From: Octopus sinensis
Lineage: Eukaryota
Assembly (NCBI RefSeq): GCF_006345805.1
Contig: NC_043002.1
Span: forward strand, 26,412,001-26,476,000
DNA length: 64,000 nt
Direction of reading: 5' to 3'
Shown here: one piece after another, positions 39,623-53,456 of the stretch
Layout of the letters: each line of letters starts with the position of its first letter
Numbering within the stretch: position 1 is the first letter of the stretch
The notes under the pieces: generated by a model
The model's database searches: none
What the model saw: only the letters and a program-made list of their open reading frames with translations
What the model was told of the DNA's origin: nothing
Position numbers and translations under genes: made by a program

Positions 39623-39913
39623 TATTCTGCTGTGTCTGGGGAGAGTCATTTTCTTTTTGTGCTTAATAATTAAACACACTCACCTGTAAAATTTCCACTT
39701 ATTTTCATTTTCCTAAAATTTTCGTTGCGTCTTGCATCCTTTTCAATAGTCTTTTTCAGACTTTTTCAGAGTCAAGACTATTGAAAAGGTTGCAAAATTT
39801 TAGGTAAAAAGAATTTTAGGAAAATAAAAATAAATAAGTGGAAATTTTACCGGTGAGTGTGTTGAATTATTAAGCACAAAAAGAAAATGACTTTCCCCAG
39901 ACACAACAGAATA
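39623..39913. repeat. Long palindrome (MITE-like), ~130-bp arms
   Basis: TATTCTGCTGTGTCTGGGGAGAGTCATTTTCTTTTTGTGC... versus ...GCACAAAAAGAAAATGACTTTCCCCAGACACAACAGAATA. Confidence 0.9.
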
Positions 39914-41295
39914 TGCTTCAACACACGAACTGATATAAAGAATCTTGCAAACCAAATCCAAAAACGAAATATAAATTTTCGGTATTTCCGACTCTAAGAC
40001 TAGCTACTCTTGTGAAGGGTTATAATCATCTCAAAAATCAAGAAAATCTTCCGAGTTCTCAAAAAATAGACGTATATTCTGCAGATAAGAGGACACTCGT
40101 GGACATCAATTTCTGGCTCAAAAACCATTATTAACCCGATAATCATTCGACCTTATCTCTAGTAACCAAGAGAACTTGACTTATGCATAAAGGTGTAGAG
40201 CACATTTGTGGCCTAGGTAATTTGCATAATTGAACATGATCAAAGAGAAATAATTCACATAATAATTACTGGTCTATTGCAACCATAACTTTTGATACAG
40301 TTATTATTCATACAGCCGTATTACCCTCTGACTTCTTCACCAGTTTCAGCGAGCTCAAATGATGGCAATTTGAGTCAATCTTTCCGTAAAAAAGAGAAAA
40401 TTCCAGACGAGTCGAGAGAAATACTGCATAAATCCAGGTTCTTTTTTTATCTCACAGTACTTTTAACGATCATGCCCTACAAGCATATTTGCATCCATCC
40501 TTTTCTGTATAATTCTGCTTATGCGTATGCATATATATACAAACAGAACTATATTACCTTTAAGGTGACAGCATGAGAATTACAGATATATATATATAGG
40601 AAAAACCGTAGTTTCTTTAGCTTTAGATTATTTTCTTCGCCGTAGTCCTGTTATGAGGCTGTTTATGAATGTAAGATTTTGACGATATCTATTAAAAGCA
40701 TTGGATTATGAACAAGTATGTTATCAGCATTCTTGTTAAAAAGCAAAATAAACTAAATTCGCCCGTATTTGTAGAAATGCACAACAGAACTGCCTGCGCT
40801 CGTTTAAAACAGACTTCCATAATTGCAAACATGATAGAAACGAACACACCAATATGAAAATAAACGATCGATAAAGACAAGGAAAACAGTGAAAATTATT
40901 ATTAATGGCGCCATTTATTAAAGCACACTTTATCATATTTTCTTGCTTGATAACAATATCAATTAAAAACGCCTAAAAGCTATTCGTTATAGATGAATGA
41001 TTCATTAGCAACATGGCGTAATAAGGAGAGAAGTTATATCTTAAACACATCGTCTTTGAATTATCTTTCAATCTCAGTCTCTGATTAATGTTTATGAAAG
41101 ATGATTCATTCAATTAAATCGATAACTACGTTGTAAATTATAATGATCATATATCTGAATATATTTTCATGTTTATCACATCAGCATATCAGAAATTGAA
41201 GTTGCTCATTCTGGTTGTGCGTGCATAGGTGCGTGCACACGTGTATGTGTGTATATATGCACGTATGCATATTTATATATGTAAATGTTTGTATA

Positions 41296-41345
<50 letters not shown>

Positions 41346-41369
41346 TATATAACATATATATACATATAC

Positions 41370-41419
<50 letters not shown>

Positions 41420-41799
41420 ATATATGCATATACATACACACAAACACACACACACACACACACACACCACACACACACACACACACAGGTATATCAGTAG
41501 ACAGAAAATTCTTTAACGCTTTAACGCATCTTTAATGATTCGTTACAATTGTTTTTGTACCTACTCTATTTGCAACGCCTGTTTGCACAAACGTTCGAAG
41601 AGAACATTTACGTACTGTTTGCAGTTTTAGACTTTAGAGAAGCACTCTATCAGACTTGCATCAAAGGTGTGCTGTCATACTGTGTGTCTTCCTGACCTTA
41701 TTTTCAGGCTTATATCAAGATGAAAAAAAAAGTGTGGTTGTGGGATGAATAAGTGGGGTACAGATTATGTGGGGATGGGAAAGCAAAAGCCATGATGAG

Positions 41800-42210
41800 A
41801 TGACAAAAAGGAAGAATGAGGAGGAAGAGAAGGCGGAGGAAAAGACATGGAGGATGGAAAAAACGAGCAGAAGACGAAAAGGAAGGGGAAGTAGAGGGAA
41901 AATAAGTGGAGTAAAAGGAGAAGAAGGAGAAGAAGAAGAAGAAAAAGAAGGAGGAGGACAGGGAGGAGGAGAAAAGTGAGCAGAGGAAGACGAAAGTGAA
42001 GAAGTAGAGGGCAAAGAAGAGAAAGAATAGGCAGAAGAAGACGAAGAAAAAGAAGGATGAGGAGAAGTAGAAGAAGGAAGAGAAGGAGGAGAAAGGGAGG
42101 GAGAGGAGGAAAACGTGCAGAAGAAGAGGGAGAAGAAAAAGAAGAGGACTAAGAAAAAGAAGGAAGAGGAGGAGGAGGAGAAGGAGGAAGGGGAGAAGAA
42201 GGAGGAGCTA
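41800..42210. repeat. Purine-rich (GAA/GGA) low-complexity tract
   Basis: Direct reading. Confidence 0.95.
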
Positions 42211-42343
42211 AACAGCATTGATATATTAGGTAGAACCATATACAGCAAATTGCTTTATCTTGGCGTATGCCCCTAGTCTGTCAGTACAAACAGTTCTACC
42301 GTTACCGAAATGGAAAGCAAACTTCTTACCCCACAGCCATACT

Positions 42344-42392
<49 letters not shown>

Positions 42393-43174
42393 TAAAGTGT
42401 TGAACGTGAGTTCGTCCTTTAATTGGAGTAATTTCCAGAGATTTCTAACGTTTCTTCATACTTTGCTTTTGAATATAGTAGTGTAAATCTGTGTAGATAT
42501 GGAAAGTTATCTAGAAATATTAAGTATATAACTTAACTTATGTAAATGTAGGAGATTAGACGTTAAAATGGATAATAGTTTTTATTATTCATGTTACTAT
42601 ACAAATTGTCTCGTACAGAAAGACAAGACATTCATATTAGAAAAATCTGAGTCGTCAGAAATTACTCGTCAGTGGCTTATATACGATTGCTAGTAGCCAT
42701 GTTTAATTCATGGAGAGAAAATTACCATACAGATAAGTTAAAATTTCTTTTTACTAACATTTCTCCTTTCTACTTTTATTCCACATTTCCGTTCATTATT
42801 TACTGAAGTAAAACTATTCCAACAACTTCTAGTTATATAATTTTAGTTTGACATGTCTTAATATAGGATGTAAGTAACAAAATAAGTTCATATAAGATAG
42901 ACCTGAAGATTGGTAATATAACCGTTTTAATATGGTAATGTATAGAGGCATTCTATTTCTGCAATATCGAGGAATATGTTTTCATGAAAAGTGCCTACTC
43001 TAGAAAATGAAAAGTATATGATTTGTAATAAGAATTGTAGGTATTAATTTTGATAATTTTAATATTCAGTCCTATATGTACATATTGTGGATAATGGCAT
43101 TCAATGATGATTGAGTTGCTTGAGGGTGATTCTGTCTCTTAAACCAATATATATATATATATATATATATACAT

Positions 43175-43205
<31 letters not shown>

Positions 43206-43209
43206 ATAT

Positions 43210-43243
<34 letters not shown>

Positions 43244-43308
43244 CATATATATTGCACAGTCAGAGTTAATAATACATAACGTGACAGTTATGGATTATTA
43301 CCCGTAGG

Positions 43309-43362
43309 CCACGCTGACGAGGCTCAGGGTTTAAATACACAAAAGCCGAACCTGGTTTGTGG
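43309..43362 (+). ncRNA. Degenerate minimal hammerhead
   Basis: CCACG-CTGACGA-GGCT...AGCC-GAA-CCTGG-TT-TGTGG; one core A missing. Confidence 0.55.
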
Positions 43363-43480
43363 ATATCCCTAATTGCATAATATTTTATTTGTTCTCTTAA
43401 ATGTTTTAATCTTTTCTGTTTTCCTCGCATACTGTTTTTCTCTTTTATCTTGGTGCGGTGCGGTGGATAAATTTAAGACT

Positions 43481-45420
<1,940 letters not shown>

Positions 45421-45435
45421 TTACGGGTGTATTAG

Positions 45436-45470
<35 letters not shown>

Positions 45471-45512
45471 ATCTATCTATCTATCTATCTATCTATCATC
45501 TATCTATCTATA

Positions 45513-45558
<46 letters not shown>

Positions 45559-45629
45559 GATAAACAAAAAAAAGTGTGGTTGTGGGATGAATAAGTGGGG
45601 TACGGATTATGTGGGGATGGGGAAGCAAA

Positions 45630-46325
45630 AGGCGGTTCAATAATATGAAACCATTGGCTTCAACCACAACCTCCAGACAACTTCACAATCTCTTGCAACT
45701 CTTCTGGACGGTCTCCTTGTTTCAGTTGGTCAATGCTCTTCAGTTCATCATTAGTGTTACAAGGAGTCTTGTTGGTCTCTCGCTCAACTGAGCCCACACA
45801 TAATAATCAAGGTGGTTGCAGTCTGGGGAGTTAAGTGGCCAGATTTTAGGGGTGAAAATTGTCAGACAGCCATGACTGGGTACTCCTGTTTCCAGATATA
45901 TGGTCTTCCAGCAGCCATCCTCTTGACCTAGCTCAGCACAACCTCATCCACGCACTCGATTTAGGTTCCCGTGGTGAGTCTGAAGCCATGTGAGAAGAAG
46001 GATGGAGGCGTAGCGTCACCATCACTAGTGATCACTCCAAACACCATGATGTGGACTGGATTGTTGGAAGATGAATGGAAGTATAATGTCGCCATCACTA
46101 GTAATCACTCCAAACACCATGATGTGGACTGGATGTTTGATTTTTATCATTCTTGTTACATGTTTTGGGAACCCAGATTGACGACCAACACACCAAACGG
46201 CTTTGTATTGGAGCTTCCAGCACGAATGTCAAGCAGTACAGCATGTCGTTTCCAAATTACTGTGGGACTGAATTGCGTCATGGTGCTGTTTTTCTCACAG
46301 ACGGTGCCCAACTGACCCTACTATA
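45630..46325 (-). mobile_element. Tc1/mariner-superfamily (maT/DD37D-like) transposase remnant
   Basis: Minus strand PKIWPLNSPDCNHLDYYVW..VERETNKTPCNTNDELK. Confidence 0.7.
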
Positions 46326-46571
46326 CTGAGTAGTCAACAAAATCAAAAACAAACAGTGTGCATGCTCAAAATAAAAATATATTGTGATGACAAGTTACCC
46401 ATGTATGTATATATGTTTATCCTGTATGCATATACACACACACACATATACATATACATATTCTAACATACATACACATGCACACAGAGACCCGACACAT
46501 ACATACAATCACAAAGATATACACGTATTGACAGAAAGAAGAGAAGATGAAGAGAAGACAGACTAGATGTG

Positions 46572-46615
<44 letters not shown>

Positions 46616-47029
46616 CAACACCATTGAAGAAGGTCATTAAGACTTTAAGATCAGGAACATTTTGCTAGATTTGACTAGTGGCGACCGACCTGTATGTATG
46701 TGTGTGTGTTTGGGCGTGTGTCCCCATGTGCTTTTGAAAAGGGTCTGGGAGAGATGTGCAAAGGTGGTGACAGATGATAAATTATACCAGAGAAAAAATC
46801 ATATACTCCACTCCGACGAGGAGAAATAAACAGATGACATACACACAGAATGTGTGTATGTATTTTCAAGCATTGCGTGACATAAAACGACTCATATAGA
46901 TATACACACACAAGCGTAGCTGTGTGGTAAGAAGTTTGCTCCCCAATCGCATGGTTTCAAGTTAAGTGCTATCCTCAGGCCGAATAAAGCCTTCTGAGTG
47001 CATTTGGCAGACGTAAACTGTGTATATGA

Positions 47030-47445
47030 AGGCGGCGAGCTGGCAGAAACGTTAGCACGCCGGGCGAAATGCTTAGCGGTATTTCGGCTGCCGTTACGTT
47101 GTGAGTTCAAATTCCGCCGAGGTCGACTTTGCCTTTCATCCTTTCGGGCTCGATAAATTAAGTACCAGTTACGCACTGGGGTCGATGTAATCGACTTAAT
47201 ACCATGTCTGTGGTTGTTTGTCCCCTCTATGTTTAGCCCCTTGTGGGTAATAAAGAAATAGGTATTTCGTCTGCCGTTATGTTCTGAGTTCAAGTTCCGC
47301 CGAGGTCGACTTTGCCTTTCATCGTTTCGGTGGTCGATAAACTAAGTACCAGTTACGCACTGGGGTCGATGTAATCGACTTAGTCCCTTTGTATGTTTTT
47401 GTTTGTCCCCTCTATGTTTAGCTCCTTGTGGGCAACAAAGAAATG
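47030..47445 (+). mobile_element. SINE plus tandem 5'-truncated second copy
   Basis: Full copy ~47030-47260; the repeat restarts at GGTATTTCG (47261). Confidence 0.88.
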
Positions 47446-47849
47446 GGTAACTGTGTGTGTGTATTACATCTATATAGATGTGTGTGCTTTTGCCTGTGAT
47501 TGTCCCTAGCCCTGGCTTGACAGCCCGTTATACTTTCTTTACGCCCACGTAACCTAGCAATTCAGCAAAAGAGAACGATAGAATAATTACTATGCATAAG
47601 AAAATAAGTACTTGGGTCCATACATCGGACTAAAAATTCTGCACGATGGAGCATGGCCACAGTCTAATGTTAGAAATAATATATGTAACTCCATCTGCAC
47701 ATTATTAAATAAATGTACACACTCTAGCACAAGGGTGCATAGGATAAGAGACTGAGACACGATAAATGTACATTTAACGTACACTTATTCGTATACGCTT
47801 GTAAGTATAATTGAACACACAGACACACATAGGCACACATACACACATA

Positions 47850-48400
47850 AACACACACACCAGCTTTCCATGTTACAAAGACCACACTCACCACTACTCT
47901 TGTCTAAGATCTTCCAGTAAATACTATAATTGACACCTTGTTCTTTTAAAAGCCATATATAACTTAATAATTTAGTAGTCTTCCGTTTATTCCAGTGTTT
48001 GAATTTTAAGGAATGATTGATTAATCTTGCATTAAAATTTCCCTCTGTGAGACCCACATATCTCTTGAATGAAACTGCATTATTTTGGTTCGTGGAATTT
48101 ACAGTAGCTTCATTAATAATGGCCTCAGTAATACAGGCTCCATTTAGTGGACACATGTCTTTATTCCTGTAGGAACAGCCGGCTTCATGGTGTTGTGTTG
48201 TATTGTGCGCGATTATGCTTTTAAATTTTAGGGTGGAACTAAAATTAATTTCTAGGTTATGCCTATTAAAGAGTTTTCTATATTTGTGAAGTATTGGAAA
48301 ATGTCTATCTATAAGTGACAAAAAATATTTACCTACAATAAAGGTTACCTCAGAAAAGTAAGAGGGTGTGAACCAGATGATTTTCCTTTCTCTGTGTTTC
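47850..48400 (-). mobile_element. Penelope-like element linker and GIY-YIG endonuclease fragment
   Basis: RKIIWFTP...FLSLIDRHFP...KLFNRHNL...CPLNGACI...YVGLTEGNFNARLINH...LLSYIWLLK...YWKIL...CGLC. Confidence 0.85.
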
Positions 48401-48665
48401 CTTTTCTTTATTTCTGGTCTAACAGCAGAGATGAAAACTAGTTCCTCTTTAAATCTACTAACTTTGAGGGCATTGTTACATAGATAGGGGGCAACATTAT
48501 CAAATATGTTTATATTGGAGGAGAGGCCAGAAATTCTACTAATATTATTAACTCAATTCTTAAACGCTATGGTCGGTGGTGGCAGGAACCTACATTAATA
48601 TAACTAAGTCTATCGCTGGGCTTTCTATAGGGTTTGTAAATATTCTCTTGGAAATCAACCGATAC

Positions 48666-48715
<50 letters not shown>

Positions 48716-48803
48716 TTATATATATATACACTTCTTTAACTCCCAAGAAAGAATATATATATTTTCAAAAATCAAAAGGAAAACAAACAAAAGAAAAACA
48801 AAC

Positions 48804-50033
48804 ATGACTAACTTGCAGGCCTGCAACAGACGAAATTGGTCTGATAACGAAATTGATGTTTTAATAAACACTTGGTTCTCTCTTTCCCAAACAGAAAATC
48901 TAAATGTTTTGTGTTTGAATGAGATTGCCGAAAAAACATCACAAGTGGTCAACACACGATCCGTCAAACAGATTCGTAGCAAGCTGAAACATATCGAAGA
49001 ATCTTTCAAACTGACAAAAGGCCATTATGAAAAGCTTCTTCATATTTTCACAGTTCAAGAACATCAACAGCTAGAAAACCAGCAGCCACAACAACAACAA
49101 CAACAGAATGAGCCACTCCTGGCTCCCAGCACAATGGCTGACCCTAACATGGGTCAAGCACAACAACAACAACAACAGCCACAGCAACAAGAACAACAAC
49201 AGCCACTCCTCAACTCTAGCTTACTAGATGATTCACTAAATGCCAGTATCTTTTCACCGCTCTCACGGCAACCACCACAATTATCATCATCATCATCACC
49301 ACCGCTGCCACCATCGTCTTCTATCACCAAAAATACCAACAAAAAACCAAATAAGAAACCACTGCCCTCTTCCTCCACATCACCACCTCAATACTACTGC
49401 AGTAACAAAAACTTAAAGAAACATAGGAAGCAGAATGCGCCCCCCACGGCACAAACAAGAAATCCCAAAATATGCCGCTATTCTCTGCGCCAGAGACTCT
49501 GCACAAATAGTGACTGCATCTTCACGCATCTACCCGGCACTAGACGCACTACCGGCCAAGGCCAAAGCACGCATCCCACAATAACATCAACACCACCAAA
49601 TAGTAAATCGAAATTCAAAACACACACAACTCGGAGTCCCAAAATCTGCCGGTATTCCCAACGTGAGAGAACATGTCTGCTGAGTGACTGTCCCTTCACT
49701 CATCTTCCAGGGACCCGACGCACAAACAGAAACGGGGCTTCAAGCCAACACACAAACCTGAATAAAAATAAGAATATAAACACACCATGCTGCAGTAATG
49801 CTGGTCCAGTCTTTTCAGGAAGACACAAAAACAACAACAACAAAAGTGGAAACTACAACCCTATCCAACAGTACAACCACACCTCCAGCCAAAAACTGCT
49901 CCCTAAGCAGGAAAATTCTTTTTTAGCCATGTTGAACATGGCAAAAGAGATACACAAAAACATTCTAGCCATCACTCAACACCATCCTATGCTATTACCC
50001 CAGTGCACCAATTCCCCACATTGCTGCCACTAA
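48804..50033 (+). CDS. LINE ORF1, 409 aa: Myb/SANT-like N-terminus, poly-Q/Pro-Ser linker, two CCCH zinc fingers
   Basis: First ATG after the (TA)n is at 48804 (MTNLQ...). W-x3-E-x3-LI-x2-W...EIAEK...RSVKQIRSKLK resembles a trihelix/Myb-SANT domain. CRYSLRQRLCTNSDCIFTH (49473-49529) and CRYSQRERTCLLSDCPFTH (49647-49703) are C-x8-C-x4-C-x3-H. Confidence 0.8.
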   Translation: MTNLQACNRRNWSDNEIDVLINTWFSLSQTENLNVLCLNEIAEKTSQVVNTRSVKQIRSKLKHIEESFKLTKGHYEKLLHIFTVQEHQQLENQQPQQQQQQNEPLLAPSTMADPNMGQAQQQQQQPQQQEQQQPLLNSSLLDDSLNASIFSPLSRQPPQLSSSSSPPLPPSSSITKNTNKKPNKKPLPSSSTSPPQYYCSNKNLKKHRKQNAPPTAQTRNPKICRYSLRQRLCTNSDCIFTHLPGTRRTTGQGQSTHPTITSTPPNSKSKFKTHTTRSPKICRYSQRERTCLLSDCPFTHLPGTRRTNRNGASSQHTNLNKNKNINTPCCSNAGPVFSGRHKNNNNKSGNYNPIQQYNHTSSQKLLPKQENSFLAMLNMAKEIHKNILAITQHHPMLLPQCTNSPHCCH

Positions 50034-51082
50034 CACACACAAAAAATCCAAGCCCCCTGCAACAGTCAAAACCAGCCACTACACTAACCTCCACATTCCT
50101 ATTCAATGCACAAGGTGTCAGCCCTTCCATCAATGCACAAAAATGGAAGGTCCAATTCATTGAAGACTGGGTTGGTAACCATTCACACCACATCCCTTTC
50201 TTCATTCTCACTGAGACCCACCTTGACAACTCCCACTTGGAAGCCGAAGTGAGAGTGAAGAATTTCACAACCATCCGCGCGGATCGTATCGGCAGGAGGA
50301 AGGGTGGAACTGCCATTTTCCTGCATGATTCATTTACGGCAGATGGAAATAGTATATTCTCCAACGGCTACTGTGAATCAGTCACCGTGCACAACAAAGC
50401 CAATGACCTGACAGTAATTGGGCTCTATAGGCCGCCCCAAACACCCATACTGTGCTTTAAAGAATGCCTCAACAGCATTAAGTGCTTTATTCAACAGTGC
50501 CATTCGAGCAACATACTCATGATGGGAGACTTCAATCTACCCTGTGTTGACTGGACTACAAACTGTTTGAAACCAAGCACTCCCGCCTCAACCGCTGACA
50601 AAGAAGCAGCAGAGTCACTTTTCGACTTTACGAATGAGTTTTTCTTGTCCCAACTTGTCCTTGCACCAACAAGACATGAGAACATTTTGGACCTAGTGTT
50701 TAGTAACCGCACTAACACTATACATAACGTTACAGTGGAAAAAACCCTTCTTTCAGACCATGACATGGTTCTCTGTAACATGAAATTCCACCAGCCGAAA
50801 GCTAATCCTAGTGACCTCCCTCCAGCCCACCCATTTGACAACATGGATCTCCATAATGCCAACTGGGATGCAATCAGGAACGAGCTATCACATGTGGACT
50901 GGTCCTTTACACATACACACATCTCCACCAACCATAAAACATATTGGCAGATCTTTGTAGACACCGTAACAGACATATGTGCAAAACACTCCCCACCAAG
51001 ACCTGTGAACAAAAAGTGCAGAATCCCCCAAAACAGAAAAAAACATTATCAGAAAAATAAAAAGAACAAACAAAAAAATTAA
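49907..51082 (+). CDS. LINE ORF2 part 1: apurinic-like endonuclease
   Basis: Motifs FNAQG, LTETHL, GGTAIF, YRPP, GDFNLP, ILDLVF, SDHDMV. The frame is open from 49907, with no ATG before the endonuclease domain. Confidence 0.92.
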   Translation, partial: AGKFFFSHVEHGKRDTQKHSSHHSTPSYAITPVHQFPTLLPLTHTKNPSPLQQSKPATTLTSTFLFNAQGVSPSINAQKWKVQFIEDWVGNHSHHIPFFILTETHLDNSHLEAEVRVKNFTTIRADRIGRRKGGTAIFLHDSFTADGNSIFSNGYCESVTVHNKANDLTVIGLYRPPQTPILCFKECLNSIKCFIQQCHSSNILMMGDFNLPCVDWTTNCLKPSTPASTADKEAAESLFDFTNEFFLSQLVLAPTRHENILDLVFSNRTNTIHNVTVEKTLLSDHDMVLCNMKFHQPKANPSDLPPAHPFDNMDLHNANWDAIRNELSHVDWSFTHTHISTNHKTYWQIFVDTVTDICAKHSPPRPVNKKCRIPQNRKKHYQKNKKNKQKN

Positions 51083-53036
51083 CAAACTAAAGTACTGCCA
51101 ACAGCAACACACACATTCGACGGCTATCGCACTGCTTGAATCCAAAAAATATAACCTCCAACAATGCATGAAGACCCTCATCAATAACCAAAGATCAGCT
51201 GAGGAGAAGTGGGCCATTGAAAAAATCAAACTCAACCCCAAAGTGTTCTTTTCATTTGCGAGGAAACGCAGGGTCACTGTCCCCACTGTTGGCCCTCTAA
51301 TTGACGAAACTGGCACTCTCCAAGATAATGCCAAATCCATGGCCGAGATACTGCAGAAACAATACTGCTCTGTTTTCAGCAATCCTGATATGGCCGATCT
51401 GGGCTGTATCAGTGATGTCAACCCCCAACACACTATATCGGACATAACGTTTAGTGCCCCTGATGTCTTAGCGGCGATAAACGAAATAAAACACAATTCA
51501 GCAGTAGACCCCGATAGGTTCCCTGCTTGTGTCCTGAAGGTGTGTCGACACCAACTTGCATCTCCCCTTGCTAATCTGTGGAGAAACTCACTGGATGCTG
51601 GCTATATTCCAAAAAACCTTCTGTCCCAGTCTGTTGTCCCAGTTTTCAAAAAGGGAAACAAGTCCCTTGCAGTGAACTACCGTCCGATCTCACTCACCTC
51701 TCATATCATCAAGGTATTTGAGAGGGTGGTGAGATCTCGAATAACCCAATTTCTGGAAAACAACAGACGGCTGATCTCCAACCAACATGGGTTCCGTAAT
51801 GGAAGGGACTGCCTAACGCAGCTCCTGCATCACTTTGATGACATTTTGAGAGCTTTGGGAGAGGGCTCCAACACCGATGTCATCTACCTTGATTTCAGTA
51901 AGGCCTTCGACAGGGTCGATCACAAGATCCTATTGAAAAAACTATCCAACATTGGTGTCTCTGGAAAGTTACTGAAATGGATCAAGTGTTTCCTGACAGA
52001 CAGATCTTAACATGTTGTAGTTGAAGGGGTAAAATCAAGCCCAGCCAAAGTCAGTAGTGGCGTTCCGCAAGGCACTGTGCTGGGTCCACTTCTTTTCATC
52101 ATTTACATTAATGACATTAATGACATTATCAAGCACAGCAACATAAACATTTTTGCAGATGATTCCAAGCTACAGAAGGTCATAAATGAGGCGAGTGACC
52201 GGACATGCCTTCAGTCAGATCTACTGGCTGTTATCCAATGGGCAGAAAAAAACAATATGCTGCTGAACGAAGATAAATTTGAGTTAATCCACTTTGGAAA
52301 AGAGGATGCCCTGAAACTCCCATACTCCCTTCCTTCAGGTGAAACTCTCGCAGCGTCCAACAACATCAGAGACTTGGAGTAATTGTGGACAACAACATAA
52401 GCTGGGCCACTCATATAAACACCAAAGTTGACATGGCCCGCAGAATGTGTTCCTGGATTCTCAGAACTTTCCAGTCGAGAGATATCCACACCATTATCCT
52501 TCTCTTCTCCACTTTTGTCCGACCCCACTTGAATACTGTTGTCCACTGTGGTCTCCCCACACAATACAAGGTATCATAAAAGTTGAAGCACCTCAAAGGG
52601 CAATCACAAAAAGATAGATGGCATGACAGGCCTCGACTATTGGGGTCGACTAGTAAAGCTAAAACTTTATTCTCTCCAACGTCGTCGTGAGCGCTACATC
52701 ATCTGCATGATGTGGAAAATATTCCATCAGCATTGCCCAAATGATGTTGGCATCACCTTCAGGGTACATCCAAGGCTTGGGCCCCGTGCCATCCGCCCAA
52801 AACAAAAATCGCACTCTCATCTCATAACAACAATACGGCACAATTATTTCACCTCAATTGGCCCCGCTCTCTTTAACATTACACCAAAACACATTAAAAC
52901 AGAAACTGACCCTATAGGGTTCAAGAAGTCTTTGGACAGATTCCTTCAAGAAATCCCGGATAAACCCCCTACACCCGGATATGTCTCTGTAAACAATAAC
53001 TCTCTACTTGAGTGGGCCATAGTGCCCAAATTCTGA
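51083..53036 (+). pseudogene. LINE ORF2 part 2: reverse transcriptase and C-terminus, disrupted
   Basis: Motifs NYRPISLTS, QHGFR, YLDFSKAFDRV, GVPQGTVLGP, IFADDSKL. One in-frame stop at ~52008 and frameshifts near 51045, 52377, 52528 and 52612, mostly in short homopolymers. Confidence 0.92.
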
Positions 53037-53126
53037 CTTGAAAGACTTCACCAGGTGGTGCTATTAAGTTAGACATGGCCTGGGCCAATAATGGCCGAAA
53101 CCTATTAAAGTATCAAAGTATCAAAG

Positions 53127-53159
<33 letters not shown>

Positions 53160-53417
53160 CGATATACACATACATACATGTACACAACCGCTACTATACT
53201 CACAGTCATATATACACACACACGGACGTAAAGACTTGTATACATATATTTCAATCTCAAGAAATTTCTCTCCTGTCTATCGTAAAGTGAAATATTACCT
53301 TTATATCTATATATAAATTCTTAATATCCTCATATGTATAACGTAACCAAAGCAAGAGAGACTATCAGACAAAGTTATTTACATGGCTACGCACACACAC
53401 CCGCACACACAGAGGGA

Positions 53418-53456
<39 letters not shown>

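Larger units (their letters stand above)
48730..53128 (+). mobile_element. Near-full-length CR1-clade non-LTR retrotransposon (LINE)
   Basis: ORF1, then an APE endonuclease and RT with CR1-type motifs. The 3' tail is short tandem (AAAGTATC) repeats at ~53106-53128. Flanked on both sides by (TA)n. The 5' boundary is approximate. Confidence 0.93.

Noticed and set aside
40316-40437. Segment encoding RKKEKIPDESREILHK, vaguely homeodomain-like
   Set aside because: Weak donor site, no WF.N.R helix 3 found, superficial similarity.
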